Origin: Candidatus Eiseniibacteriota bacterium
Lineage (GTDB): Bacteria > Eisenbacteria > RBG-16-71-46 > CAZAMP01
DNA length: 64,000 bases
Direction: 5' to 3'
Assembly: GCA_965224245.1 (NCBI GenBank)
Contig: OZ245046.1
Span: 2,400,001 to 2,464,000, forward strand
In this document: piece after piece, positions 48,659-59,716 of the stretch
Position numbering within the stretch: the stretch's first letter is position 1
Layout: every line of letters begins with the position of its first letter
Position numbers and translations under genes: made by a program
Notes under the pieces: model-generated
The model's database searches: none
Told to the model about the DNA's origin: nothing
What the model saw: the letters and a program-made list of their open reading frames with translations, nothing else

Positions 48659-49336
48659 ATGAACTTCAGGGGTATCTGTAGCCTCGCTCTCGGGATGGTG
48701 ATCGTGGCCGGCGCCGCGTCCGCCGAGAAGGTCCCGTACCACGGCGACACCTACGGTCCGGACGGTGGATGCGTGACCGACGGTTACAAGTCCTTCTCCG
48801 GGCCCGGCGGCATGTTCATTCCGGACTGCGACCCGGCTGGCGTGTCACAGGGCGTCGCCACCGAGGATGACGGCGCGACCATCGACGACGTCATTCTCGC
48901 CGTCGAGATGGACCACACCTGGGTCGGCGATCTGCGCATCTGGCTCTCATACGACATGAACTGCGACGGCACGGCCGAGGCCGGTCCCGTGGCCGCGCTC
49001 TGCCGCCCGGGGCTCGGCACCTGCGATCCCGACGGCTGCTGCGGCTGCTCTGCCGGCGTCTTTGGCGTGTATCTCTTCAGCGACGACGGTGGCGTTCCGC
49101 TGGCCGAGGACTGCGTCGCGGTGGACCCGGGCTGCTACTCGGCCGCGATCGACTCGCCGAATCCGTTCGCGGTCTTCGACGGCATGCCGAAGGGCGGCTG
49201 CTTCGAGCTGTTCGCGGCGGACGGCGCCTGCGCCGACACGGGGTCGGTCCGCAGCTGGACCGTCTACGTGGCCAACGGTGGCGGTGGCACGCCGACCGAG
49301 ACCGTGAGCTGGGGCCACCTGAAGTCCAGCTACTAG
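48659..49336 (+). CDS. Exported Cys-rich P-domain protein, copy 3
   Basis: Paralog; HTWVGDLRIWL; C-terminal SWGHLKSSY. Confidence 0.75.
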   Translation: MNFRGICSLALGMVIVAGAASAEKVPYHGDTYGPDGGCVTDGYKSFSGPGGMFIPDCDPAGVSQGVATEDDGATIDDVILAVEMDHTWVGDLRIWLSYDMNCDGTAEAGPVAALCRPGLGTCDPDGCCGCSAGVFGVYLFSDDGGVPLAEDCVAVDPGCYSAAIDSPNPFAVFDGMPKGGCFELFAADGACADTGSVRSWTVYVANGGGGTPTETVSWGHLKSSY

Positions 49337-49421
49337 ACCTGGCGGATACGAGGCGCACCTGATCCCGGGTGCGGCCAGCGCCCATCGCGACCGCCGGGAG
49401 ACTGATCGGGTCTGATCGATG

Positions 49422-49454
49422 CGAGCCGTTCCTCACGGGACGGCTCGATTTTTT
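49422..49454 (+). terminator. Intrinsic terminator after copy 3
   Basis: CGAGCCGTTCC-tcac-GGGACGGCTCG followed by A and T6. Confidence 0.75.
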
Positions 49455-49494
49455 GATATCCCCTGCGTCCGCATCCGGTCGGGTACCGGGCCGC

Positions 49495-51348
<1,854 letters not shown>

Positions 51349-51476
51349 GCCGGAGTCCGGTCTTCGACCCCGATGACCCTCTCGTCGCGCCTGCGAGGCG
51401 GCGGTGATCGGGGTGAGCGCGGGTCACGCGGGGCTCGGGGATCTCGTCGTCATGATCGTCCGGCGGACCCGGTTCC

Positions 51477-51824
51477 TTAGCGGGATCTGCCCTCGCCCGG
51501 ATCGGGCCGCACGACCGCCACCCGGCCTCGCCGGAGGGCGAGCAGCATGATGCCGGTCTCCAGGAGCTCCTCGGCCAGGAAGACCGCCGCGAACGCGATC
51601 GGCCAGGTCGTGGAAGTCGCGACGCCGCCGATCAGGAACCCCAGCCCGGCGGCCACGATGAGTGCCCGGAAGCCGCGAATCACGTGGGCGGTCCCGTCCG
51701 GGTCGGCCGCGGCCCCCAGGCCCCGCCGGAACGCCCGGATCCCCCGCCAGCCGGACGCCACGAGCCCGGCGGCGGCCGCCGAGAGCGTCACCTGGCGGAT
51801 CGGCGTGTCGAAGAGCCAGTCCAT
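51477..51824 (-). CDS. Small membrane protein
   Basis: RBS GAGGAGG; three hydrophobic segments; EELLETG. Confidence 0.6.
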   Translation of the reverse strand: MDWLFDTPIRQVTLSAAAAGLVASGWRGIRAFRRGLGAAADPDGTAHVIRGFRALIVAAGLGFLIGGVATSTTWPIAFAAVFLAEELLETGIMLLALRRGRVAVVRPDPGEGRSR

Positions 51825-51924
51825 CCCATCCTCCTCGCGCGAGGGAGGGCCCGGAAGATACGGCCGGGCGCGGCACGGGTTGCCCCGAGAAGGTGCTCGG
51901 GCGGGGACCGGGGCCACGTGCCGG

Positions 51925-52218
51925 TCAGAGCGGTGCGACGGCGTCGCCGTCGCCCGCCGCGTCGCGCGCGCCCCAGGCGCGGCGGGCCTCCTCCCACGAG
52001 AAGAACCGCCGGACCGAGACCTCTCCGTCTCGAGCGTCGAAGATCGCGGCCACCGGGTCGTTCACGCCGTACCACCAGCGCGTGCGCAGCGGGAAGAAGA
52101 TCGCGAAGTCGCGTCCGGATGGATCGCCCCGGAGCTCGGCGTCCCGCCATCCCATGCGAGCGACCATCAGCCAGAGCTCGTGATCTTCCGGATGTCGAAA
52201 CGAGAGCTGAGAGCCCAT
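51925..52218 (-). CDS. Small hypothetical protein
   Basis: Aromatic-rich 97-aa ORF (MGSQLSF...) with coding-like third-position GC. Confidence 0.45.
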   Translation of the reverse strand: MGSQLSFRHPEDHELWLMVARMGWRDAELRGDPSGRDFAIFFPLRTRWWYGVNDPVAAIFDARDGEVSVRRFFSWEEARRAWGARDAAGDGDAVAPL

Positions 52219-52393
52219 GTCGGTGAGCCTCCGGCTTCGTGTTCGGGGTCGCGTCTGGTGTGGAGTCGGCGTGGGCGATCGCGCGCGCGCGGCCCAATGC
52301 GTGTATTCTAGCGCACGTCGACCGACCGGCGCGCGGCGCCGGTCGGAGGGTCGGGTCGCTCGACGGCGTCGAGCGCATCGTGAGGGAGGATCC

Positions 52394-53032
52394 GTGACCT
52401 CGACGGAACCGTCGTCATCGGGCGGCAGCAACTGGATGAAGCCGGTCGGCTTCGGATGCCTCGCGCTCCTCGTCCTCGCCGTGATCGGAATCGTGGTCAT
52501 CAAGCAGAACATCACCGCGATCACGGCCAAGATCGGAGAGCGGGCGCTCGTGTCGGCGGTCGAGGACCTCGGTCTGCCCGAGGCCGACGAGGCTGCATTC
52601 GTCGCCGAGATTCGCGAGCTCTCGCGGGCCTACCGGGAAGGCGAGATCAGCGAGGAGGAGATCGCGGAGATCGTCGAGCGCGTGTCCGAGGACGACGCGC
52701 TCACCGCCGGGGCCGCGATCACCGCGTTTCGCTCGCGCGCGCTGGCCGCGTCGGGACTGCCCGACGACGAGAAGGCCGAGGCCGATCGGATCTGCCAGCG
52801 ATTCACGCGCGCCGTCGTGGAGGAACGCGTTGACGGGCGCGCGCTCGAGCGGCTCCGTGAACGCGCGCACGACATGCGCGGGCGCGACATGCGCGACGAC
52901 GAGATCCGCGACCTGATCGAGTCGCTGGCCGCCGAGGCCGAATCGGCCGGCGTCCCCGACGAGCCCTATCAGATCGACCTGGCCGGGCGTTTCCGTGAGG
53001 TCGTCGCCGAGGCGCAGGCAGCTGCGCCGTGA
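52394..53032 (+). CDS. Membrane-anchored helical hypothetical protein
   Basis: GGAGG RBS before GTG; GFGCLALLVLAVIGIVV anchor. Confidence 0.65.
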   Translation: MTSTEPSSSGGSNWMKPVGFGCLALLVLAVIGIVVIKQNITAITAKIGERALVSAVEDLGLPEADEAAFVAEIRELSRAYREGEISEEEIAEIVERVSEDDALTAGAAITAFRSRALAASGLPDDEKAEADRICQRFTRAVVEERVDGRALERLRERAHDMRGRDMRDDEIRDLIESLAAEAESAGVPDEPYQIDLAGRFREVVAEAQAAAP

Positions 53033-53088
53033 CGGGCCCGTCTCGGGAGGTCGTGGGTGCTTCGTGAGGCCCGAGCTGGGCTGCGCCA

Positions 53089-54123
53089 TCAGCTCGGGCT
53101 CGAGGCCGCCCGCCCCTCGCGGGTGATGCGCTCGGGAACCCCGCGGAGCCCCCACACGAGCCCGACCTTCGACATCAGCCACAGCCCGTAGAACGTGATG
53201 TCGTACTCCCACCAGTAGAACCCCTGGCGCGTGGAGCCGGGGTAGCGATGGTGGTTGTTGTGCCAACCCTCGCCCAGCGTGATGATCGCGAGCAGCGGGT
53301 TGTTGCGGCTGTCGTCGCGCGTCGCGAACCGGCGCGTCCCGTACCTGTGGGAGAACGAGTTGATCGTGTACGTGCCGTGGTACGTGGCCACGGTCGAGAT
53401 GCAGAACCCCCACACGAGCATCTGCAACGCTCCGGTGCCCGCCGACGGCACCCAGGCCCCGAGCGCCGCCCCGAACGCCGCGACCATGACGGCGAGGCTC
53501 GCCGGCGCCCACACGTGGTGGCGCTCCAGCCAGCGGAGCTCCGGGTAGGTGACGAGGTCCTTCACGAGCCGCTCGTCCACCGGACCGGCTTCCTCGGTCC
53601 AGAACCAGATCATGTGGGCCCAGAGAAGACCCCACAGCCGGGGCGAGTGGCGATCGGGCGGCTGATCGGAGTGGCGATGGTGGTGGCGATGGTGGGCCGC
53701 CCACCACAGCGGCCCCCGCTGTCCCGCCGAGCAGCCGATCCACGCGAACACGAACTGGACGGCGCGCGAGGTGCGGAACGTGCGGTGCGAGAAGTAGCGG
53801 TGATACCAGCCGGTGATCGCGAACATCCGCACGAGATAGAGCGCGACCGCGGTGCCGACGGCGACGGGACTCCAGCCGACCCAGATGATCGCCAGGCACG
53901 CGACGTGGAGCCCCATGTACGGCAGGAACGCCGTCCTCGTCAGCAGGTGCCGGCGCGTCAGGGGGCTTCGCCGCGGTGACGCGTCCCCGACCGGAGGGGA
54001 CGGGTCGCCGGCGGATCTCACCGTTCGCTCGGGAATGGACGTGCTCTCGCAGGCGCGCACGTACGGGTCCTCCCATGCGTCGCGTCGACTCCCGCGATCG
54101 GGATCGACGATCGTCCGGGTCAC
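53089..54123 (-). CDS. Acyl-CoA (delta-9-type) desaturase
   Basis: His boxes HRYFSH, HRHHH, EGWHNNHH. Confidence 0.92.
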   Translation of the reverse strand: MTRTIVDPDRGSRRDAWEDPYVRACESTSIPERTVRSAGDPSPPVGDASPRRSPLTRRHLLTRTAFLPYMGLHVACLAIIWVGWSPVAVGTAVALYLVRMFAITGWYHRYFSHRTFRTSRAVQFVFAWIGCSAGQRGPLWWAAHHRHHHRHSDQPPDRHSPRLWGLLWAHMIWFWTEEAGPVDERLVKDLVTYPELRWLERHHVWAPASLAVMVAAFGAALGAWVPSAGTGALQMLVWGFCISTVATYHGTYTINSFSHRYGTRRFATRDDSRNNPLLAIITLGEGWHNNHHRYPGSTRQGFYWWEYDITFYGLWLMSKVGLVWGLRGVPERITREGRAASSPS

Positions 54124-54255
54124 GGTGATCCCGTACCGGGATCGGGTTCGAGGCCGATGAGCCTACGGAAGTCCGCTCCCCCGTTCCAGGCGATTCTGAT
54201 ACCGTGGCACGGAGAGCGATGCGTCGTGATCGGTGACCGAACCGACGAGCACACC

Positions 54256-55143
54256 GTGGCCACTCCGGCACTGCACATTCTCGGGACCGCACAGGACGGG
54301 GGCGTCCCCCAGCTCGGATGCGCGTGTCCGACCTGCGCGCGCGCCGCCGCGGACCCGCGGGCGCGGCGGCGGGTCGCGTCGGTCGGCCTCACGCTGCCCG
54401 ACCCCGACGGCACCGAGCGGCGGCTCGTGATCGACGTCACGCCCGACGCGCGGAGCCAGCTCCCCGCGCTCGCCGTCGCTGGATCCGGAGACGACCTGCG
54501 CCCCGCGCGGTCTCTCGTCGACGGCGTCTACCTGACGCACGCGCACGTCGGACACTACCTGGGCCTCGCGTTTCTCGGGTTCGAGGTGCTGAACGTCTCC
54601 GAGCTGCCCGTGCACGGGACGGCGCGCATGTGTGCGTTCCTCGAGCGCCACGCCCCCTGGAGCGAGCTCGTGCGGCGCCGCCACATCGTGCCGACGACGC
54701 AGGCCACCGACGAGCCGACGCTCCTGAACCCGGACGTGCGGCTCACGTCGTTCCTCGTGCCCCATCGAGCCGAGCTCACCGACACCGTCGGGTATCTCGT
54801 GCAGGGGCCCCGTCGTAGCGTCGCGTACGTTCCCGACACCGACCCCTGGAACCGGTGGACCGACGCAGCGCGGCGGCGCCTGTCGGGCGCGGACGTCGTA
54901 ATCGTCGACGCGACGTTCCACTCCGCCGCCGAGCTGCCCGACCGGGATCTCTCCACGATCGGGCATCCCCTGGTGACCGACACGCTCGACGCGCTCGGGC
55001 CGCTGGTGGACGCCGGACGTCGGGTCGTTCTGACGCACCTGAACCACTCCAACCCACTGCTGGACCCCGAGAGCGCCGCGCACCGGCTCGTGCGCGAGCG
55101 GGGCTTCGAGATCGCCCGCGAGGGCGACCGGATCGAGCTCTGA
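54256..55143 (+). CDS. PqqB-like metallo-beta-lactamase-fold protein
   Basis: LGTAQDGGVPQLGC.C..C; LTHAHVGHYLG; VPHR; THLNHSN; start uncertain (ORF opens at 54157). Confidence 0.8.
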   Translation: MATPALHILGTAQDGGVPQLGCACPTCARAAADPRARRRVASVGLTLPDPDGTERRLVIDVTPDARSQLPALAVAGSGDDLRPARSLVDGVYLTHAHVGHYLGLAFLGFEVLNVSELPVHGTARMCAFLERHAPWSELVRRRHIVPTTQATDEPTLLNPDVRLTSFLVPHRAELTDTVGYLVQGPRRSVAYVPDTDPWNRWTDAARRRLSGADVVIVDATFHSAAELPDRDLSTIGHPLVTDTLDALGPLVDAGRRVVLTHLNHSNPLLDPESAAHRLVRERGFEIAREGDRIEL

Positions 55144-55167
55144 TCGCGGGTTCTCGCACGGGGAGCG

Positions 55168-55950
55168 ATGCCGCATACTGCGGTCATGAACACACCCGGC
55201 TTCCGGCTCGACGAGATCGAGCCCGGCATCCTGATCGGAACACTGAGCCGCCCCGCACGCAGCAATGCACTCGACGCCGCCACCATCGACGAGCTCGAGG
55301 CGGCGGTCTCGCAGATCGAGTCGGATTCCTCGGTGCGCGTGCTGATCCTCACCGGCGCCGGGGATCGTGTGTTCTCCGCCGGCGGCGACTTCGCGTACTT
55401 CGCGACGCTGTCCAGCGCCGAGTCCGTGCGCGCGATGTCCGAGCGGATGCAGCGACTCTTGCACCGCCTCTGGATCGGCCGCGTCGTCGTGATCGCGGCC
55501 GTCAACGGCGCGGCCATGGGAGGCGGCTCGGAGATCCTGACCGCGTGTCATCTGAGGCTGGCCGCCGACACCGCACGGTTCCGGTTCGTCCAGGCGGTGC
55601 GCGGGGTGACTCCGGGCTGGGGCGGCTCGGCACGGCTCGTGAGCCTGATCGGACGCGCCCGCGCGCTCGACCTGCTGCTCACCGCTCGCACGCTCGACGC
55701 CGCGGAGGCGTCGAACGTGGGGCTCGTGACCGAGGTCGTGCCGGCCGACCGCCTCATCGCGCGCGCGACCGCTCTGGCGCGAACGGTCGCGTCTCATCCG
55801 CCGTACGCGGTGGATGGGCTTCTGGGGATCGTGGGCGCGATGGACGGCGCACACGTCGCGGCCGCCTACCGCACCGAGACCGAGCACTTCGTCGCGTGCT
55901 GGATGCGCGCGCGATTCTGGGAGACGTGCCGGGCGTCCGGTGATCGGTGA
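55168..55950 (+). CDS. Enoyl-CoA hydratase/isomerase family
   Basis: FSAGGDF; IAAVNGAAMGGG.E; PGWGG. Confidence 0.9.
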   Translation: MPHTAVMNTPGFRLDEIEPGILIGTLSRPARSNALDAATIDELEAAVSQIESDSSVRVLILTGAGDRVFSAGGDFAYFATLSSAESVRAMSERMQRLLHRLWIGRVVVIAAVNGAAMGGGSEILTACHLRLAADTARFRFVQAVRGVTPGWGGSARLVSLIGRARALDLLLTARTLDAAEASNVGLVTEVVPADRLIARATALARTVASHPPYAVDGLLGIVGAMDGAHVAAAYRTETEHFVACWMRARFWETCRASGDR

Positions 55951-55975
55951 TCGGTGATCGGTGATCGGTGATCGG
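55941..55975. repeat. Heptamer tandem repeat (TGATCGG)x5
   Basis: Directly visible; spans the stop codon and the convergent intergenic gap. Confidence 0.95.
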
Positions 55976-55987
55976 ACGGACGCGAGA

Positions 55988-56470
55988 TCACGCACCGCCT
56001 CGCGCCGCGAGCTCACGCAGGTGATCGACGAACGCGTCGCGATCGGTGTCGAGCGCCGCGAAGACCTGATCGTCGGCCGCCGCCACGAGCGGTATGGCCC
56101 GGTCCATCACCGCGAGCCCGTCGGGGGTGATGCTGACGGTGACCGTGCGCGTGTCGGACACCGACCTCGCGCGGGCCACCAGCCCACGGCGCTCGAGCGA
56201 GCGAAGGACCGTGGACGTCGTCATCGGGTCGACCCCGCTTCGCGTGGCGATGTCTCGCTGCGCGGGACGTGCGTCGGGCTCCGGCGGCGCGCCGGTGTCG
56301 AGTCGCGCCGTCACGGCCAGGAGCACGAACTGCACGTGGGTCAGGTCGACCGGCGCCAGAGCGCGCCGGACCGTGCGCTGCCAGGCGTTGGAGACCCGCC
56401 ACAGCCAGAAGCCGGCACCATCCCCCGGTTCGGGCGACGTGTCGCCGGCGCCGTCTCGGCTAGGCGGCAT
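55988..56470 (-). CDS. MarR-family regulator
   Basis: GFWLWRVSNAWQR..LTHVQF..DPMTTSTVLRSLE.RGLV.R...DTR. Confidence 0.88.
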   Translation of the reverse strand: MPPSRDGAGDTSPEPGDGAGFWLWRVSNAWQRTVRRALAPVDLTHVQFVLLAVTARLDTGAPPEPDARPAQRDIATRSGVDPMTTSTVLRSLERRGLVARARSVSDTRTVTVSITPDGLAVMDRAIPLVAAADDQVFAALDTDRDAFVDHLRELAARGGA

Positions 56471-56891
56471 GCCGGGAGTCTCCCGAGGCACGCGCGCACA
56501 GTCGCGCCATTGCGCTCGGCAGCCTCCGGGCGTACGGACGACCGATCAGGGCCGCGGCGACCCTCGACATCGGCCCCGAGAGCTCGATCCGATGCGTCAC
56601 CTGCGTGCCGGGCCCCACGGGTCGCAGCGCGTGCCGGACCCGGACCTCGCAGCCCGGAAGCTGCGCCCGGGTGCTGAAGCCCACGTTGGACAGCACCGTC
56701 TCCAGCGTCCAGCGTCGAGCCGGGCCGATGCGGTCCTTCGTTACGGCCGTGGAGCCGGGCCGAAACGGACCGTCGAGCCGCGACCAGGCCAGCCCGGCGT
56801 CCCACTCGGACCAGCTCCCCACCCGCTGATACTCGCGCCAGATCGCCTGCGCGGGCGCCTCGGTGACGACGACGTGCTCGTGTGTCCACAT
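56460..56891 (-). CDS. SRPBCC/polyketide cyclase-like protein
   Basis: MWTHEH..A..IW..Y..V..W.EWD...LDGPF..G; RBS AAGGAGG. Confidence 0.8.
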   Translation of the reverse strand: MWTHEHVVVTEAPAQAIWREYQRVGSWSEWDAGLAWSRLDGPFRPGSTAVTKDRIGPARRWTLETVLSNVGFSTRAQLPGCEVRVRHALRPVGPGTQVTHRIELSGPMSRVAAALIGRPYARRLPSAMARLCARASGDSRHAA

Positions 56892-56908
56892 GGGATCGAC
56901 CTCCTTTT

Positions 56909-56937
56909 ATAAGCTAACTTATTTTAAGCTTACTTAT
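56909..56937. promoter_or_regulatory. Tandem palindromic operators, likely MarR sites
   Basis: ATAAG-CTAA-CTTAT and TAAG-CTTA-CTTA in an AT-rich patch upstream of the SRPBCC-marR unit. Confidence 0.7.
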
Positions 56938-57027
56938 CATCGATCGCAAGCACAAAAAACGCCGGCCGAACGGCCGGCACATCGTCCTGTGGCGGGGGGA
57001 CGTTCGCCGCGATCGCGGGAGGTGGGA

Positions 57028-57984
57028 TCAGTCTCGCTGGACCTCGATCTCACCCATCGACGCGGTCGTGTGGATCCGCAGTGCGAATCGCTCGATCTCC
57101 TCGTCGCCTTCCCGGATGCGCGGCGGGCGGACCGAGACGCCCTCGACGTCCATGTCGCGCGGCACGGTCACCTCGATCCCTCCCATGCGGGCGTGGAGGT
57201 CGACGGTCGCGGAGTTCAGCCACTCACCGGTGAGATCGATCTCTCCGCCCCCCATCCGGCAGCTCACGTCCAGCTCGGACGGGCTCGCGTTGCCGAGCCT
57301 GACCCCCTGGACGCCGCCCATCTCGCCCGAGATGACCAGTGCCGTCATCGGCTGCCGGAGGGGCTCGTCGATGCTGAGGATCAGACCGCCCTTCTCGAAC
57401 CGGACGTCGGCCGACGTGATCCAGAGCCCGCCGATCTCGGCCTCGAGCCCGCCCTCCTCGACGCTCAGGACGAGCTCGATCGGGACGTCCGGCGACAGGT
57501 AGATGTCCATCTCCGGGTCGGAGGCACCCATGAGCTCGGCGAAGAGCGCGGTGAGACCGGAGCGGGAACCCTTGCGGTGAAAACGGACCTCGTACGTCCA
57601 CGTCGAGTCGGAGTCCTCGGTGAAGCGCTCCTCGAGGGTGTAGGCGTTCCTGTCGAACGTCGCCTCGACGAACGTCCCCTCGCCGGGGTCCGACGGCCGG
57701 AGGCGGAACTCGCCCTGGCCGACGTCGAGAACGACCCGCCCCACCGGCCGACCGGTCCGGGTTGCAACGTCCGGGTCTGCCGCCGCGGCGACCGCGGCAC
57801 CCGCGGCAGCCTCGCGGGCCGGCCCGGGCAGATCCGGCGACAGCGTCTGCTCCTCGACGACCTCCCGATTGACGCCGCGCCACGCGATCAGCGCACTGAT
57901 CCCGCCCATCAACGCGCCGAGCACGATGATCCCACCGCAGCCGATCAGTCCGAACTTCAGGCAACCCTTGCCACCACCAGCCAT
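57028..57984 (-). CDS. Membrane-anchored protein with LiaF/adhesin-like beta-solenoid repeats
   Basis: GCLKFGLIGCG TM; repeated MGG.E...; C-terminal ASMGEIEV. Confidence 0.65.
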   Translation of the reverse strand: MAGGGKGCLKFGLIGCGGIIVLGALMGGISALIAWRGVNREVVEEQTLSPDLPGPAREAAAGAAVAAAADPDVATRTGRPVGRVVLDVGQGEFRLRPSDPGEGTFVEATFDRNAYTLEERFTEDSDSTWTYEVRFHRKGSRSGLTALFAELMGASDPEMDIYLSPDVPIELVLSVEEGGLEAEIGGLWITSADVRFEKGGLILSIDEPLRQPMTALVISGEMGGVQGVRLGNASPSELDVSCRMGGGEIDLTGEWLNSATVDLHARMGGIEVTVPRDMDVEGVSVRPPRIREGDEEIERFALRIHTTASMGEIEVQRD

Positions 57985-58164
57985 GTCGCCTCCGCGGTTG
58001 CACACGCCTCGGCCGAGCCTACACGCCCTCGGGGCACGGATGGGAGCGCGATGCGTCCCTTTTTTCGACGCCTCCCCGATCTGCTACGGTAGCCGTCGAG
58101 TCGAGTTACAGAACCGCGCCCCCGCGCGCCGGTCCGAGCGCTCCCACCGTGTCGAGGACACCCG

Positions 58165-58971
58165 ATGAACGACTGCCTCTCGACCATCGTTCGCCACCGC
58201 TCGATCCGTCGCTTCCGGTCGACACCGATCGCGGACAGCGATCTGGACGCGATCCTCCACGCCGCCGAGCGTGCGTCCTCGAGCGGCAACATGCAGACGT
58301 ACAGCATCATCGTCACCACGGACGCGGCCAGGCGCGCCGCGCTCTGGGAGCTCCATGGGCGCCAGGACATGATCAAGCAGGCACCGGTGCTGCTGACGTT
58401 CTGTGTGGACTGGCACCGCATGAACAGATGGTGCCGGCTGTCGGAGACCGAGCCCGGCTACGGAAACGTCCTGTCGTTCCTGGTCGGGTTCGCCGATGCG
58501 CTGATCGCCGCGCAGAACGCGGCGCTGGCGGCCGAGTCCCTCGGGCTCGGCATCTGCTACATGGGGACGACGCTGTGTGCCATCGAGCGCCTGACCCCGT
58601 TCTTCGCGCTACCCCCGGACGTGGTCCCGGCCACCACGCTGGTGATCGGCCATCCCGACGAGGATCCGGCGCTCCGCGCGCGCCTGCCCCAGAGTGGTAT
58701 CGTGCACCGGGAGACGTACGAGGCTCCCGACGACGCGCGCATTCGCGAGATCTACGCCTCTCGCGAGACCGAGGGATGGGATCGCTACATGTCGATCCCG
58801 GCGCTCGCGCAGGCGATCGAGACGTCCGGCGTCCGGAACCTGGCGCAGGTCTACACGCAGCTCAAGTACACCCGCGAGAACAACGAGGCGTTCTCGGACC
58901 AGATCCTCCGGACGCTCCACAGGCAGGGCTTCCTCGCGGGATCCTCCGACGATCAGCCGACTGGAGGGTGA
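58165..58971 (+). CDS. Nitroreductase, NfsA/Frp-like
   Basis: HRSIRRF; SSGNMQTYS; DALIAAQN..LAAESLGLGICYMG; RLP. Confidence 0.9.
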   Translation: MNDCLSTIVRHRSIRRFRSTPIADSDLDAILHAAERASSSGNMQTYSIIVTTDAARRAALWELHGRQDMIKQAPVLLTFCVDWHRMNRWCRLSETEPGYGNVLSFLVGFADALIAAQNAALAAESLGLGICYMGTTLCAIERLTPFFALPPDVVPATTLVIGHPDEDPALRARLPQSGIVHRETYEAPDDARIREIYASRETEGWDRYMSIPALAQAIETSGVRNLAQVYTQLKYTRENNEAFSDQILRTLHRQGFLAGSSDDQPTGG

Positions 58972-58972
58972 C

Positions 58973-59674
58973 ATGAAGATCGACGACGTGATCGCGCTCG
59001 TGACCGGAGGCGGCACGGGCATCGGGTTCGAGACCGCCAGGCTCCTCACCGAGCGGGGGGCGCGCGTGGCCGTCATGGGCCGACGGGCGGATCGCATCGA
59101 GCGCGCGGCCGAGACGCTGGGGGCGCTCCCCATCGTCGGTGACGTGGGCGTCGAGGCCGACGCGGCGAGGGCGGTCACGACCGTCGTCTCCGAGTTCGGG
59201 GACTACAACACGCTGGTGAACAACGCGGGCTGGGGGCGTTTCGGCCCGCTCCTGGAGCTCAGCCTCGCCGACCTTCAATCCGTGATGGCGACCAACGTGT
59301 TCGGCGCGATGCTGATGGCACGCGAGTCGGCCCGGCACTTCGTCGCGCGGAGCTCCGGCAACATCGTGAACGTCTCGTCCACCGCGGGATCGCGCGGATT
59401 CGCCGGCGGCACGTCCTACGTGGCCAGCAAGTTCGCGCTGGGCGGCATGACCGAGTGCTGGCGCGCGGAGCTCCGAAAGCACGACGTCCGCGTCATGCAG
59501 GTGAACCCGAGCGAGGTGATCACCGACTTCGCCCCGAGCGCCGGGTACGAGCAGCGCGCGAGCGACCGGAAGCTCCGCGGAGAGGACATCGCGCACGCGA
59601 TCCTGTCGATGCTCGCCATGCACGACCGCGGATTCACCACCGAGCTCACCGTGTTCGCGACCAACCCCGACTGA
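58973..59674 (+). CDS. SDR oxidoreductase
   Basis: TGGGTGIG; NNAG; YVASK. Confidence 0.92.
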   Translation: MKIDDVIALVTGGGTGIGFETARLLTERGARVAVMGRRADRIERAAETLGALPIVGDVGVEADAARAVTTVVSEFGDYNTLVNNAGWGRFGPLLELSLADLQSVMATNVFGAMLMARESARHFVARSSGNIVNVSSTAGSRGFAGGTSYVASKFALGGMTECWRAELRKHDVRVMQVNPSEVITDFAPSAGYEQRASDRKLRGEDIAHAILSMLAMHDRGFTTELTVFATNPD

Positions 59675-59716
59675 CCGTGCGTCGTCGGGACGACGCCGGC
59701 GTATCCGACGCCGGGC

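Noticed and set aside
46592-49336. CRISPR array or diversity-generating retroelement from the repeated segments
   Set aside because: Repeats are whole paralogous genes; no spacers, no adenine-specific variation, no RT or cas
54256-55143. PQQ biosynthesis cluster
   Set aside because: Only a PqqB-like gene; no pqqA, pqqC or pqqD, and the rSAM gene is 16 kb away and does not look PqqE-like
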